Shown: positions 14,646-27,947, counted from the stretch's first letter. The stretch: 64,000 nucleotides of DNA from Auanema rhodensis (GCA_964057225.1 OZ059899.1:11036001-11100000); one strand, 5' to 3'. Program-made: numbers and translations. The notes: a model not told the origin generated them from the letters alone.

Positions 14646-14719
14646 TGCCGCCAGCAGGGGTCGAACCTGCGACCTTGGGCTTATTAGACCCACGCTCTAA
14701 CCGACTGAGCTATGGCGGC
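14646..14719 (-). tRNA. tRNA-Ile(AAT)
   Basis: Same as 642-715. Confidence 0.95.
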
Positions 14720-15182
14720 TACGAAAGTACGAAATAACAAAGCGCTGATTATAGGAAACGTGAATGAATGCAGATATTCTCAATTCCGATTCATTAACTA
14801 GATCGTGGTCAGCATTTTACAACATTGATAAAATAGAAACTGAGAAAAATACATCAACAAATGACACTATCAACTTGGTTTTTTGAACAGCTTTTTTATA
14901 TTTCTTTTTTCACTATGAGAGAACTTATATTTATTGCTTTTTCAAAATTTTCCATTTTTAACATTATACATCTTGACTATCACACATTGAGAACAACAGT
15001 TGGCAATGTTGGTTGTCACGTCATATTTCATGCAGTTAGATTTTCAGACACATTAATACCTTTGACCATTCTTCTTATGAGTTTTGTAACGATAGATCGT
15101 AATAGGAAATGAATTGCTATAATATGAAAAAATACAAGACATAGTCAACATTGATTTCTTCAAATAGTATCATGTTTGCTTG

Positions 15183-15563
15183 TGTCACATCTGCAAGCAC
15201 ATGGTAAACATGTGCGCGCTATTCAAATAGCGGGAGCCTGAACAATCCCCGCCCACAACATGGGACACACATGGCACTCTTGCTTCTGGCCTAACCCAGA
15301 TAGGTTGTCTTATAGCCATGTGAGTCTCATCTCTATATCATCTATATATATACTCTATTTAATACTTTATCATATCTCTTTATATTCTTTCTTAATGTAA
15401 TTCTTATATTGTATTTTCTTGTTATCTGATAATGAATCCTTTTCTCTTTGAGTATTTGTCTTAATAAGGAAATCGGAGCGTTCGGGTCTGCCTACCTAAG
15501 GAACAAGGTAGAAGTACATATATCTTCCGACCATGAAAAGACGGGAAGAAACAATATGTAACG
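15183..15563 (+). repeat. 5' LTR (381 bp)
   Basis: TGTCACAT...ATGTAACG; direct repeat of 17499-17879. Confidence 0.95.
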
Positions 15564-15576
15564 TGGAGGTTCCACC
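15564..15576 (+). promoter_or_regulatory. Primer binding site, tRNA-Gln
   Basis: TGGAGGTTCCACC is complementary to GGTGGAACCT-CCA, the 3' end of metazoan tRNA-Gln. Confidence 0.8.
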
Positions 15577-17498
15577 TTGCTTACTCTACTGTTAATTTAT
15601 TGACAGCAAGTTTACGAGACTTTTGGACTTAATTACCCAACAGTGAGGAGTAACCGAGCCGTGCACCATGATTTCCCCAAAAATTATTTTGGCTACCACT
15701 TCTCCTCCGCTCAACGAAAACTGGGAGGTGTCTGAGACGTTTGGGGAAACTATCAGACAATAGTTTTGACGAGCGTTACCTTTTTGTTATGCACGCGCGT
15801 GCTATTTTGATTCATTACTTTATGATGTGAATGTCCAGTGTGGCAACAGAGCTCACTTTTTAGCTGAGTTGTTTGGAAGCTGGAGGCTGTTGGGATAATT
15901 TTATTTACGATTTTTTGATTTTGATTCACATCCAAGGGTTCATCAGGGTTCTACTCCTGTTAACTCTTTTCTTATTAGTTCAGAGATAATAAGAATATTT
16001 AAATTCCTACCCACCCAAGTCCACTCTACGTCTGCCAACGTTTCCTTTTTCCTATATTATTGACAGATTACTGAATTTGAATTCCTATATCAATCTTAAA
16101 TTACCTTCTAAATCTTTTGAAATTAAATTAAAAATTATCTTATTTAAGATTTATTTTGAAATTCTTTCTACAAATCTTAATAAACTTTATAAAATTGAAC
16201 TTAATATACGAGATGAGACATTTTTGTTTACTTTAAGCTTACTCACATTCAAATAGTTGGCCCACGCGTACCAGCTGTTCGGCATGTGTAGTCAATAACA
16301 GCTGTTAAAATTCAAAAGTTTTCAAACAGGCTTAAGGCACCATCTGTGATTCCTAATTTGTCTCTAAGCTGACATTAGTGATTATAATATTCAAATATCA
16401 CGACAGACGGTCAATGGTTGTTTACCATAAGCGCTAACATCTGGTGTCGTGACACATGGCTGGAGGCGGAGCTTGAAGCTTCAACGATCCTCCTTCATCA
16501 GACGCCATTGTCACAAACGTTTTTACTGGAGTCTAGTTGCTTCCAGTACGCGCTCTTATATTCATCTAACTGTATTCACCAGCCACCATGTCGGACTCGG
16601 ACATCAGCGAGGACAACAAAGATTAGGAACAAGGATCACCAGAGCCATACCTTTTGTATGTCACACAACAACAAAGAAGAATGAACAACGGTTAATGACT
16701 TAGTTATGATAAAAGTGAATTCTACACGAAACAAACTAACACCTTCATTCGAAGGGCCTTATTTAGTTACAGCAGTTCAAAGATCTTTCGTCGTGGTTCA
16801 AACAGATAAAGGAAAAAGCAGAAGAGTACACAAGGACTTCGTCAAACCTTACCAACGGACAACATCTATTCCGGTTATCACAATTTCTTGAAGGTAGTTT
16901 TTTTTTAACAAAATCAAATTGTTGAAATTTTTCTTATTTTATTTTGTGCCATTTCTAATTGTAACACTTCTTTGTTGTTGATTGATTTTCTCTGAGAAGT
17001 CTGCTATTGTTTTACAAGGTTTTGTTTTATTACTCCAACTCTCATTGAGTAGATTTTTTTTTCAACATTCTCTTGTGAATCATGCTATTTTTTATGCTTA
17101 ATCATTACTTGTATTCACCTTATGGACATTAGTCATACGGGTTAAACGAGTTTTCATTTTTTTGTACAAAACGAGCTCGACCTATTCTCAGGGTAACACC
17201 GTACCTGTACAACTCAAGAAAATGAACGACTATATCACAGTCGAATGGTTTAGAAGCAAAGCTCTCGTTTGCAAGCATTTCACTACTCAAGTGAATGAAA
17301 TAGAATCTACTCGATACTACATTTCGAATTCAACAAACTTGAAGAGACAATAGCTAAACTTTCAAATCGTATTGTATACATTTTTTTTTTTTATCCACTA
17401 CACCATGATTTTTTTTTTCCAACATCCAACTATCTTAAAAAGTGAATTAATTTATTTTGTTTTTGAACGAGGACGTTCAACTTTTTAAGGTGGGGGGA

Positions 17499-17879
17499 TG
17501 TCACATCTGCAAGCACATGGTAAACATGTGCGCGCTATTCAAATAGCGGGAGCCTGAACAATCCCCGCCCACAACATGGGACACACATGGCACTCTTGCT
17601 TCTGGCCTAACCCAGATAGGTTGTCTTATAGCCATGTGAGTCTCATCTCTATATCATCTATATATATACTCTATTTAATACTTTATCATATCTCTTTATA
17701 TTCTTTCTTAATGTAATTCTTATATTGTATTTTCTTGTTATCTGATAATGAATCCTTTTCTCTTTGAGTATTTGTCTTAATAAGGAAATCGGAGCGTTCG
17801 GGTCTGCCTACCTAAGGAACAAGGTAGAAGTACATATATCTTCCGACCATGAAAAGACGGGAAGAAACAATATGTAACG
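17499..17879 (+). repeat. 3' LTR (381 bp)
   Basis: Preceded by polypurine tract AAGGTGGGGGGA. Confidence 0.95.
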
Positions 17880-18013
17880 CTTGTTATTCAATTAGAACAC
17901 TTATTTTTTGATTGTTTTCTTGAAATATTCTTTTTTTTTCTTTAACAAAGTTATGACTGAGATCAAAATTTGAACTTACTTTTGAACAATTAAACAGAAA
18001 TTTTAAAAATATT

Positions 18014-18087
18014 TGCCGCCAGCAGGGGTCGAACCTGCGACCTTGGGCTTATTAGACCCACGCTCTAACCGACTGAGCTATGGCGGC
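18014..18087 (-). tRNA. tRNA-Ile(AAT)
   Basis: Same as 642-715. Confidence 0.95.
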
Positions 18088-18423
18088 TACGAAAGTACGA
18101 AATAACAAAGCGCTGATTATAGGAAACGTGAATGAATGCAGATATTCTCAATTCCGATTCATTAACTAGATCGTGGTCAGCATTTTACAACATTGATAAA
18201 ATAGAAACTGAGAAAAAAACATCAACAAATGACACTATTAACTTGGTTTTTTTAACAGCTTTTTTATATTTCTTTTTTCACTATGAGAGAACTTATATTT
18301 ATTGCTTTTTCAAAATTTTCCATTTTCAACATTATACATCTTGACTATCACACATTGAGAACAAAGTTGGCAATGTTGGTTGTCACGTCATATTTCATGA
18401 AAAACAGAAATTTAAAAAATATT

Positions 18424-18497
18424 TGCCGCCAGCAGGGGTCGAACCTGCGACCTTGGGCTTATTAGACCCACGCTCTAACCGACTGAGCTATGGCGAC
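18424..18497 (-). tRNA. tRNA-Ile(AAT), C2T variant
   Basis: 5' end GTCGCCA, giving a U2-G71 wobble. Confidence 0.9.
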
Positions 18498-19090
18498 TAC
18501 GAAAGTACGAAATAACAAAGCGTTGATTATAGGAAACGTGAATGAATGCAGATATTCTCAATTCCGATTCATTAACTAGATCGTGGTCAGCATTTTACAA
18601 CATTGATAAAATAGAGACTGAGAAAAAAACATCAACAAATGACACTATTAACTTGGTTTTTTTAACAGCTTTTTTATATTTCTTTTTTCACTATGAGAGA
18701 ACTAATATTTATTGCTTTTTCAAAATTTTCCATTTTTAACATTATACATCTTGACTATCACACATTGAGAACAACAGTTGGCAATGTTGGTTGTCACGTC
18801 ATATTTCATGCAGTTAGATTTTCAGACACATTAATACCTTTGACCATTCTTCTTATGAGTTTTGTAACGATAGATCGTGATAGGAAATGAATTGCTATAA
18901 TATGAAAAAATACAAGACATAGTCAACATTGATTTCCCCAAATAGTATCATGTTTGCTTGTTATTCAATTAGAACACTTATTTTTTGATTGTTTTCTTGA
19001 AGTATTCTTTTTTTTTCTTTAACAAAGTTATGACTGAGATCAAAATTTGAACTTACTTTTGAACAATTAAACAGAAATTTAAAAAATATT

Positions 19091-19164
19091 TGCCGCCAGC
19101 AGGGGTCGAACCTGCGACCTTGGGCTTATTAGACCCACGCTCTAACCGACTGAGCTATGGCGGC
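19091..19164 (-). tRNA. tRNA-Ile(AAT)
   Basis: Same as 642-715. Confidence 0.95.
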
Positions 19165-19500
19165 TACGAAAGTACGAAATAACAAAGCGCTGATTATAGG
19201 AAACGTGAATGAATGCAGATATTCTCAATTCCGATTCATTAACTAGATCGTGGTCAGCATTTTACAACATTGATAAAATAGAAACTGAGAAAAAAACATC
19301 AACAAATGACACTATTAACTTGGTTTTTTTAACAGCTTTTTTATATTTCTTTTTTCACTATGAGAGAACTTATATTTATTGCTTTTTCAAAATTTTCCAT
19401 TTTCAACATTATACATCTTGACTATCACACATTGAGAACAAAGTTGGCAATGTTGGTTGTCACGTCATATTTCATGAAAAACAGAAATTTAAAAAATATT

Positions 19501-19574
19501 TGCCGCCAGCAGGGGTCGAACCTGCGACCTTGGGCTTATTAGACCCACGCTCTAACCGACTGAGCTATGGCGGC
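19501..19574 (-). tRNA. tRNA-Ile(AAT)
   Basis: Same as 642-715. Confidence 0.95.
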
Positions 19575-19644
19575 TACGAAAGTACGAAATAACAAAGCGC
19601 TGATTATAGGAAACGTGAATGAATGCAGATATTCTCAATTCCGA

Positions 19645-19976
19645 TGTGGCGTTATACCGCAAGTGTATAGTATGGTTGGAAGTAAAACACAAAGCGAATA
19701 TGTAGAAAAAGGTTTATTGATGAATTAACAAGACAAGCACGGAATAGAATCACTGACTGCGAACGTGGAAAAATGTAAGACTGTCCTCCGTTGTTGGGCG
19801 GTCTTCTGAAATAAACTGTTACTTATGCCACATGTTAACACATATGTTATGCATATGTGTTTTGATCTAGTTACAAAGGAAGGAGATAAAGAGAGAGAGA
19901 GAGAGAGAGAGAGAGGTATATATATATAGAGAGAGATAGAGATAACAAAAACAAAACCTACTCGCTTATCGCGACA
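19645..19976 (-). mobile_element. Solo LTR of a second LTR family (copy 1 of 5)
   Basis: TGT...ACA termini with imperfect inverted repeat (TGTGGCG/CGCGACA), 5-bp TSD TCCGA; TATA run then AATAAA on the minus strand; (GA)n tract. Confidence 0.85.
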
Positions 19977-20504
19977 TCCGATTCATTAACTAGATCGTGG
20001 TCAGCATTTTACAACATTGATAAAATAGAAACTGAGAAAAAAACATCAACAAATGACACTATTAACTTGGTTTTTTGAACAGCTTTTTTATATTTCTTTT
20101 TTCACTATGAGAGAACTTATATTAATTGCTTTTTCAAAATTTTCCATTTTTAACATTATACATCTTGACTATCACACATTGAGAACAACAGTTGGCAATG
20201 TTGGTTGTCACGTCATATTTCATGCAGTTAGATTTTCAGACACATTAATACCTTTGACCATTCTTCTTATGAGTTTTGTAACGATAGATCGTAATAGGAA
20301 ATGAATTGCTATAATATGAAAAAATACAAGACATAGTCAACATTGATTTCCGAAAATAGTATCATGTTTGCTTGTTATTCAATTAGAACACTTATTTTTT
20401 GATTGTTTTCTTGAAATATTCTTTTTTTTTCTTTAACAAAGTTATGACTGAGATCAAAATTTGAACTTACTTTTGAACAATTAAACAGAAATATAAAAAA
20501 TATT

Positions 20505-20578
20505 TGCCGCCAGCAGGGGTCGAACCTGCGACCTTGGGCTTATTAGACCCACGCTCTAACCGACTGAGCTATGGCGGC
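20505..20578 (-). tRNA. tRNA-Ile(AAT)
   Basis: Same as 642-715. Confidence 0.95.
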
Positions 20579-21171
20579 TACGAAAGTACGAAATAACAAA
20601 GCGCTGATTATAGGAAACGTGAATGAATGCAGATATTCTCAATTCCGATTCATTAACTAGATCGTGGTCAGCATTTTACAACATTGATAAAATAGAAACT
20701 GAGAAAAAAACATCAACAAATGACACTATTAACTTGGTTTTTTGAACAGCTTTTTTATATTTCTTTTTTCACTATGAGAGAACTTATATTTATTGCTTTT
20801 TCAAAATTTTCCATTTTTAACATAATACATCTTGACTATCACACATTGAGAACAACAGTTGGCAATGTTGGTTGTCACGTCATATTTCATGCAGTTAGAT
20901 TTTCAGACACATTAATACCTTTGACCATTCTTCTTATGAGTTTTGTAACGATAGATCGTAATAGGAAATGAATTGGTATAATATGAAAAAATACAAGACA
21001 TAGTCAACATTGATTTCCCCAAATAGTATCATGTTTGCTTGTTATTCAATTAGAACACTTATTTTTTGATTGTTTTCTTGAAATATTCTTTTTTTTTCTT
21101 TAACAAAGTTATGACTGAGATCAAAATTTGAACTTACTTTTGAACAATTAAACAGAAATTTAAAAAATATT

Positions 21172-21245
21172 TGCCGCCAGCAGGGGTCGAACCTGCGACC
21201 TTGGGCTTATTAGACCCACGCTCTAACCGACTGAGCTATGGCGGC
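21172..21245 (-). tRNA. tRNA-Ile(AAT)
   Basis: Same as 642-715. Confidence 0.95.
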
Positions 21246-21838
21246 TACGAAAGTACGAAATAACAAAGCGTTGATTATAGGAAACGTGAATGAATGCAGA
21301 TATTCTCAATTCCGATTCATTAACTAGATCGCGGTCAGCATTTTACAACATTGATAAAATAGAAACTGAGAAAAAAACATCAACAAATGACACTATTAAC
21401 TTGGTTTTTTGAACAGCTTTTTTATATTTCTTTTTTCACTATGAGAGAACTTATATTTATTGCTTTTTCAAAATTTTCCATTTTTAACATAATACATCTT
21501 GACTATCACACATTGAGAACAACAGTTGGCAATGTTGGTTGTCACGTCATATTTCATGCAGTTAGATTTTCAGACACATTAATACCTTTGACCATTCTTC
21601 TTATGAGTTTTGTAACGATAGATCGTAATAGGAAATGAATTGCTATAATATGAAAAAATACAAGACATAGTCAACATTGATTTCCCCAAATAGTATCATG
21701 TTTGCTTGTTATTCAACTAGAACACTTTTTTTTTGATTGTTTTCTTCAAATATTCTTTTTTTTTCTTTAACAAAGTTATGACTGAGATCAAAATTTGAAC
21801 TTACTTTTGAACAATTAAACAGAAATTTAAAAAATATT

Positions 21839-21912
21839 TGCGGCCAGCAGGGGTCGAACCTGCGACCTTGGGCTTATTAGACCCACGCTCTAACCGACTG
21901 AGCTATGGCGGC
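21839..21912 (-). tRNA. tRNA-Ile(AAT), G70C variant
   Basis: C3-C70 mismatch in acceptor stem. Confidence 0.9.
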
Positions 21913-22505
21913 TACGAAAGTACGAAATAACAAAGCGCTGATTATAGGAAACGTGGATGAATGCAGATATTCTCAATTCCGATTCATTAACTAGATCGTG
22001 GTCAGCATTTTACAACATTGATAAAATAGAAACTGAGAAAAAAACATCAACAAATGACACTATTAACTTGGTTTTTTGAACAGCTTTTTTATATTTCTTT
22101 TTTCACTATGAGAGAACTTATATTTATTGCTTTTTCAAAATTTTCCATTTTTAACATAATACATCTTGACTATCACACATTGAGAACAACAGTTGGCAAT
22201 GTTGGTTGTCACGTCATATTTCATGCAGTTAGATTTTCAGACACATTAATACCTTTGACCATTCTTCTTATGAGTTTTGTAACGATAGATCGTAATAGGA
22301 AATGAATTGGTATAATATGAAAAAATACAAGACATAGTCAACATTGATTTCCCCAAATAGTATCATGTTTGCTTGTTATTCAATTAGAACACTTATTTTT
22401 TGATTGTTTTCTTGAAATATTCTTTTTTTTTCTTTAACAAAGTTATGACTGAGATCAAAATTTGAACTTACTTTTGAACAATTAAACAGAAATTTAAAAA
22501 ATATT

Positions 22506-22579
22506 TGCCGCCAGCAGGGGTCGAACCTGCGACCTTGGGCTTATTAGACCCACGCTCTAACCGACTGAGCTATGGCGGC
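22506..22579 (-). tRNA. tRNA-Ile(AAT)
   Basis: Same as 642-715. Confidence 0.95.
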
Positions 22580-23173
22580 TACGAAAGTACGAAATAACAA
22601 AGCGTTGATTATAGGAAACGTGAATGAATGCAGATATTCTCAATTCCGATTCATTAACTAGATCGCGGTCAGCATTTTACAACATTGATAAAATAGAAAC
22701 TGAGAAAAAAACATCAACAAATGACACTATTAACTTGGTTTTTTGAACAGCTTTTTTATATTTCTTTTTTTCACTATGAGAGAACTTATATTTATTGCTT
22801 TTTCAAAATTTTCCATTTTTAACATAATACATCTTGACTATCACACATTGAGAACAACAGTTGGCAATGTTGGTTGTCACGTCATATTTCATGCAGTTAG
22901 ATTTTCAGACACATTAATACCTTTGACCATTCTTCTTATGAGTTTTGTAACGATAGATCGTAATAGGAAATGAATTGCTATAATATGAAAAAATACAAGA
23001 CATAGTCAACATTGATTTCCCCAAATAGTATCATGTTTGCTTGTTATTCAATTAGAACACTTATTTTTTGATTGTTTTCTTGAAATATTCTTTTTTTTTC
23101 TTTAACAAAGTTATGACTGAGATCAAAATTTGAACTTACTTTTGAACAATTAAACAGAAATATAAAAAATATT

Positions 23174-23247
23174 TGCGGCCAGCAGGGGTCGAACCTGCGA
23201 CCTTGGGCTTATTAGACCCACGCTCTAACCGACTGAGCTATGGCGGC
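23174..23247 (-). tRNA. tRNA-Ile(AAT), G70C variant
   Basis: C3-C70 mismatch. Confidence 0.9.
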
Positions 23248-23840
23248 TACGAAAGTACGAAATAACAAAGCGCTGATTATAGGAAACGTGAATGAATGCA
23301 GATATTCTCAATTCCGATTCATTAACTAGATCGTGGTCAGCATTTTACAACATTGATAAAATAGAAACTGAGAAAAAAACATCAACAAATGACACTATTA
23401 ACTTGGTTTTTTGAACAGCTTTTTTATATTTCTTTTTTCACTATGAGAGAACTTATATTTATTGCTTTTTCAAAATTTTCCATTTTTAACATAATACATC
23501 TTGACTATCACACATTGAGAACAACAGTTGGCAATGTTGGTTGTCACGTCATATTTCATGCAGTTAGATTTTCAGACACATTAATACCTTTGACCATTCT
23601 TCTTATGAGTTTTGTAACGATAGATCGTAATAGGAAATGAATTGCTATAATATGAAAAAATACAAGACATAGTCAACATTGATTTCCCCAAATAGTATCA
23701 TGTTTGCTTGTTATTCAATTAGAACACTTATTTTTTGATTGTTTTCTTGAAATATTCTTTTTTTTTCTTTAACAAAGTTATGACTGAGATCAAAATTTGA
23801 ACTTACTTTTGAACAATTAAACAGAAATTTAAAAAATATT

Positions 23841-23914
23841 TGCCGCCAGCAGGGGTCGAACCTGCGACCTTGGGCTTATTAGACCCACGCTCTAACCGAC
23901 TGAGCTATGGCGGC
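23841..23914 (-). tRNA. tRNA-Ile(AAT)
   Basis: Same as 642-715. Confidence 0.95.
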
Positions 23915-24508
23915 TACGAAAGTACGAAATAACAAAGCGTTGATTATAGGAAACGTGAATGAATGCAGATATTCTCAATTCCGATTCATTAACTAGATCG
24001 CGGTCAGCATTTTACAACATTGATAAAATAGAAACTGAGAAAAAAACATCAACAAATGACACTATTAACTTGGTTTTTTGAACAGCTTTTTTATATTTCT
24101 TTTTTTCACTATGAGAGAACTTATATTTATTGCTTTTTCAAAATTTTCCATTTTTAACATAATACATCTTGACTATCACACATTGAGAACAACAGTTGGC
24201 AATGTTGGTTGTCACGTCATATTTCATGCAGTTAGATTTTCAGACACATTAATACCTTTGACCATTCTTCTTATGAGTTTTGTAACGATAGATCGTAATA
24301 GGAAATGAATTGCTATAATATGAAAAAATACAAGACATAGTCAACATTGATTTCCCCAAATAGTATCATGTTTGCTTGTTATTCAATTAGAACACTTATT
24401 TTTTGATTGTTTTCTTGAAATATTCTTTTTTTTTCTTTAACAAAGTTATGACTGAGATCAAAATTTGAACTTACTTTTGAACAATTAAACAGAAATTTAA
24501 AAAATATT

Positions 24509-24582
24509 TGCCGCCAGCAGGGGTCGAACCTGCGACCTTGGGCTTATTAGACCCACGCTCTAACCGACTGAGCTATGGCGGC
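24509..24582 (-). tRNA. tRNA-Ile(AAT)
   Basis: Same as 642-715. Confidence 0.95.
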
Positions 24583-25175
24583 TACGAAAGTACGAAATAA
24601 CAAAGCGCTGATTATAGGAAACGTGAATGAATGCAGATATTCTCAATTCCGATTCATTAACTAGATCGTGGTCAGCATTTTACAACATTGATAAAATAGA
24701 AACTGAGAAAAATACATCAACAAATGACACTATTAACTTGGTTTTTTGAACAGCTTTTTTATATTTCTTTTTTCACTATGAGAGAACTTATATTTATTGC
24801 TTTTTCAAAATTTTCCATTTTTAACATTATACATCTTGACTATCACACATTGAGAACAACAGTTGGCAATGTTGGTTGTCACGTCATATTTCATGCAGTT
24901 AGATTTTCAGACACATTAATACCTTTGACCATTCTTCTTATGAGTTTTGTAACGATAGATCGTAATAGGAAATGAATTGCTATAATATGAAAAAATACAA
25001 GACATAGTCAACATTGATTTCCCCAAATAGTATCATGTTTGCTTGTTATTCAATTAGAACACTTATTTTTTGATTGTTTTCTTGAAATATTCTTTTTTTT
25101 TCTTTAACAAAGTTATGACTGAGATCAAAATTTGAACTTACTTTTGAACAATTAAACAGAAATTTAAAAAATATT

Positions 25176-25249
25176 TGCCGCCAGCAGGGGTCGAACCTGC
25201 GACCTTGGGCTTATTAGACCCACGCTCTAACCGACTGAGCTATGGCGGC
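25176..25249 (-). tRNA. tRNA-Ile(AAT)
   Basis: Same as 642-715. Confidence 0.95.
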
Positions 25250-25585
25250 TACGAAAGTACGAAATAACAAAGCGCTGATTATAGGAAACGTGAATGAATG
25301 CAGATATTCTCAATTCCGATTCATTAACTAGATCGTGGTCAGCATTTTACAACATTGATAAAATAGAAACTGAGAAAAAAACATCAACAAATGACACTAT
25401 TAACTTGGTTTTTTTAACAGCTTTTTTATATTTCTTTTTTCACTATGAGAGAACTTATATTTATTGCTTTTTCAAAATTTTCCATTTTCAACATTATACA
25501 TCTTGACTATCACACATTGAGAACAAAGTTGGCAATGTTGGTTGTCACGTCATATTTCATGAAAAACAGAAATTTAAAAAATATT

Positions 25586-25659
25586 TGCCGCCAGCAGGGG
25601 TCGAACCTGCGACCTTGGGCTTATTAGACCCACGCTCTAACCGACTGAGCTATGGCGGC
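25586..25659 (-). tRNA. tRNA-Ile(AAT)
   Basis: Same as 642-715. Confidence 0.95.
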
Positions 25660-25729
25660 TACGAAAGTACGAAATAACAAAGCGCTGATTATAGGAAACG
25701 TGAATGAATGCAGATATTCTCAATTCCGA

Positions 25730-25972
25730 TGTGGCGTTATACCGCAAGTGTATAGTATGGTTGGAAGTAAAACACAAAGCGAATATGTAGAAAAAGGTTT
25801 ATTGATGAATTAACAAGACAAGCACGGAATAGAATCACTGACTGCGAACGTGGAAAAATGTAAGACTGTCCTCCGTTGTTGGGCGGTCTTCTGAAATAAA
25901 CTGTTACTTATGCCACATGTTAACACATATGTTATGCATATGTGTTTTGATCTAGTTACAAAGGAAGGAGAT

Positions 25973-26024
<52 letters not shown>

Positions 26025-26085
26025 GTATATATATATAGAGAGAGATAGAGATAACAAAAACAAAACCTACTCGCTTATCGCGACA
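25730..26085 (-). mobile_element. Solo LTR, second family (copy 2 of 5, expanded GA tract)
   Basis: Same sequence, site and TCCGA TSD as 19645-19976. Confidence 0.85.
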
Positions 26086-26613
26086 TCCGATTCATTAACT
26101 AGATCGTGGTCAGCATTTTACAACATTGATAAAATAGAAACTGAGAAAAAAACATCAACAAATGACACTATTAACTTGGTTTTTTGAACAGCTTTTTTAT
26201 ATTTCTTTTTTCACTATGAGAGAACTTATATTAATTGCTTTTTCAAAATTTTCCATTTTTAACATTATACATCTTGACTATCACACATTGAGAACAACAG
26301 TTGGCAATGTTGGTTGTCACGTCATATTTCATGCAGTTAGATTTTCAGACACATTAATACCTTTGACCATTCTTCTTATGAGTTTTGTAACGATAGATCG
26401 TAATAGGAAATGAATTGCTATAATATGAAAAAATACAAGACATAGTCAACATTGATTTCCGAAAATAGTATCATGTTTGCTTGTTATTCAATTAGAACAC
26501 TTATTTTTTGATTGTTTTCTTGAAATATTCTTTTTTTTTCTTTAACAAAGTTATGACTGAGATCAAAATTTGAACTTACTTTTGAACAATTAAACAGAAA
26601 TATAAAAAATATT

Positions 26614-26687
26614 TGCGGCCAGCAGGGGTCGAACCTGCGACCTTGGGCTTATTAGACCCACGCTCTAACCGACTGAGCTATGGCGGC
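26614..26687 (-). tRNA. tRNA-Ile(AAT), G70C variant
   Basis: C3-C70 mismatch. Confidence 0.9.
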
Positions 26688-27280
26688 TACGAAAGTACGA
26701 AATAACAAAGCGCTGATTATAGGAAACGTGAATGAATGCAGATATTCTCAATTCCGATTCATTAACTAGATCGTGGTCAGCATTTTACAACATTGATAAA
26801 ATAGAAACTGAGAAAAAAACATCAACAAATGACACTATTAACTTGGTTTTTTGAACAGCTTTTTTATATTTCTTTTTTCACTATGAGAGAACTTATATTT
26901 ATTGCTTTTTCAAAATTTTCCATTTTTAACATAATACATCTTGACTATCACACATTGAGAACAACAGTTGGCAATGTTGGTTGTCACGTCATATTTCATG
27001 CAGTTAGATTTTCAGACACATTAATACCTTTGACCATTCTTCTTATGAGTTTTGTAACGATAGATCGTAATAGGAAATGAATTGCTATAATATGAAAAAA
27101 TACAAGACATAGTCAACATTGATTTCCCCAAATAGTATCATGTTTGCTTGTTATTCAATTAGAACACTTATTTTTTGATTGTTTTCTTGAAATATTCTTT
27201 TTTTTTCTTTAACAAAGTTATGACTGAGATCAAAATTTGAACTTACTTTTGAACAATTAAACAGAAATTTAAAAAATATT

Positions 27281-27354
27281 TGCCGCCAGCAGGGGTCGAA
27301 CCTGCGACCTTGGGCTTATTAGACCCACGCTCTAACCGACTGAGCTATGGCGGC
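27281..27354 (-). tRNA. tRNA-Ile(AAT)
   Basis: Same as 642-715. Confidence 0.95.
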
Positions 27355-27947
27355 TACGAAAGTACGAAATAACAAAGCGCTGATTATAGGAAACGTGAAT
27401 GAATGCAGATATTCTCAATTCCGATTCATTAACTAGATCGTGGTCAGCATTTTACAACATTGATAAAATAGAAACTGAGAAAAATACATCAACAAATGAC
27501 ACTATTAACTTGGTTTTTTGAACAGCTTTTTTATATTTCTTTTTTCACTATGAGAGAACTTATATTTATTGCTTTTTCAAAATTTTCCATTTTTAACATT
27601 ATACATCTTGACTATCACACATTGAGAACAACAGTTGGCAATGTTGGTTGTCACGTCATATTTCATGCAGTTAGATTTTCAGACACATTAATACCTTTGA
27701 CCATTCTTCTTATGAGTTTTGTAACGATAGATCGTAATAGGAAATGAATTGCTATAATATGAAAAAATACAAGACATAGTCAACATTGATTTCCCCAAAT
27801 AGTATCATGTTTGCTTGTTATTCAATTAGAACACTTATTTTTTGATTGTTTTCTTGAAATATTCTTTTTTTTTCTTTAACAAAGTTATGACTGAGATCAA
27901 AATTTGAACTTACTTTTGAACAATTAAACAGAAATTTAAAAAATACT

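Larger units (their letters stand above)
15183..17879 (+). mobile_element. Non-autonomous 2.7-kb Ty3/gypsy copy derived from a spliced transcript of the 30096-40016 family
   Basis: Two apparently identical 381-bp LTRs, PBS, PPT, 4-bp TSD CTTG (15179-15182/17880-17883); internal junctions at 16644/16645, about 16671-16678 and 16690/16691 relative to the full copy. Confidence 0.95.
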
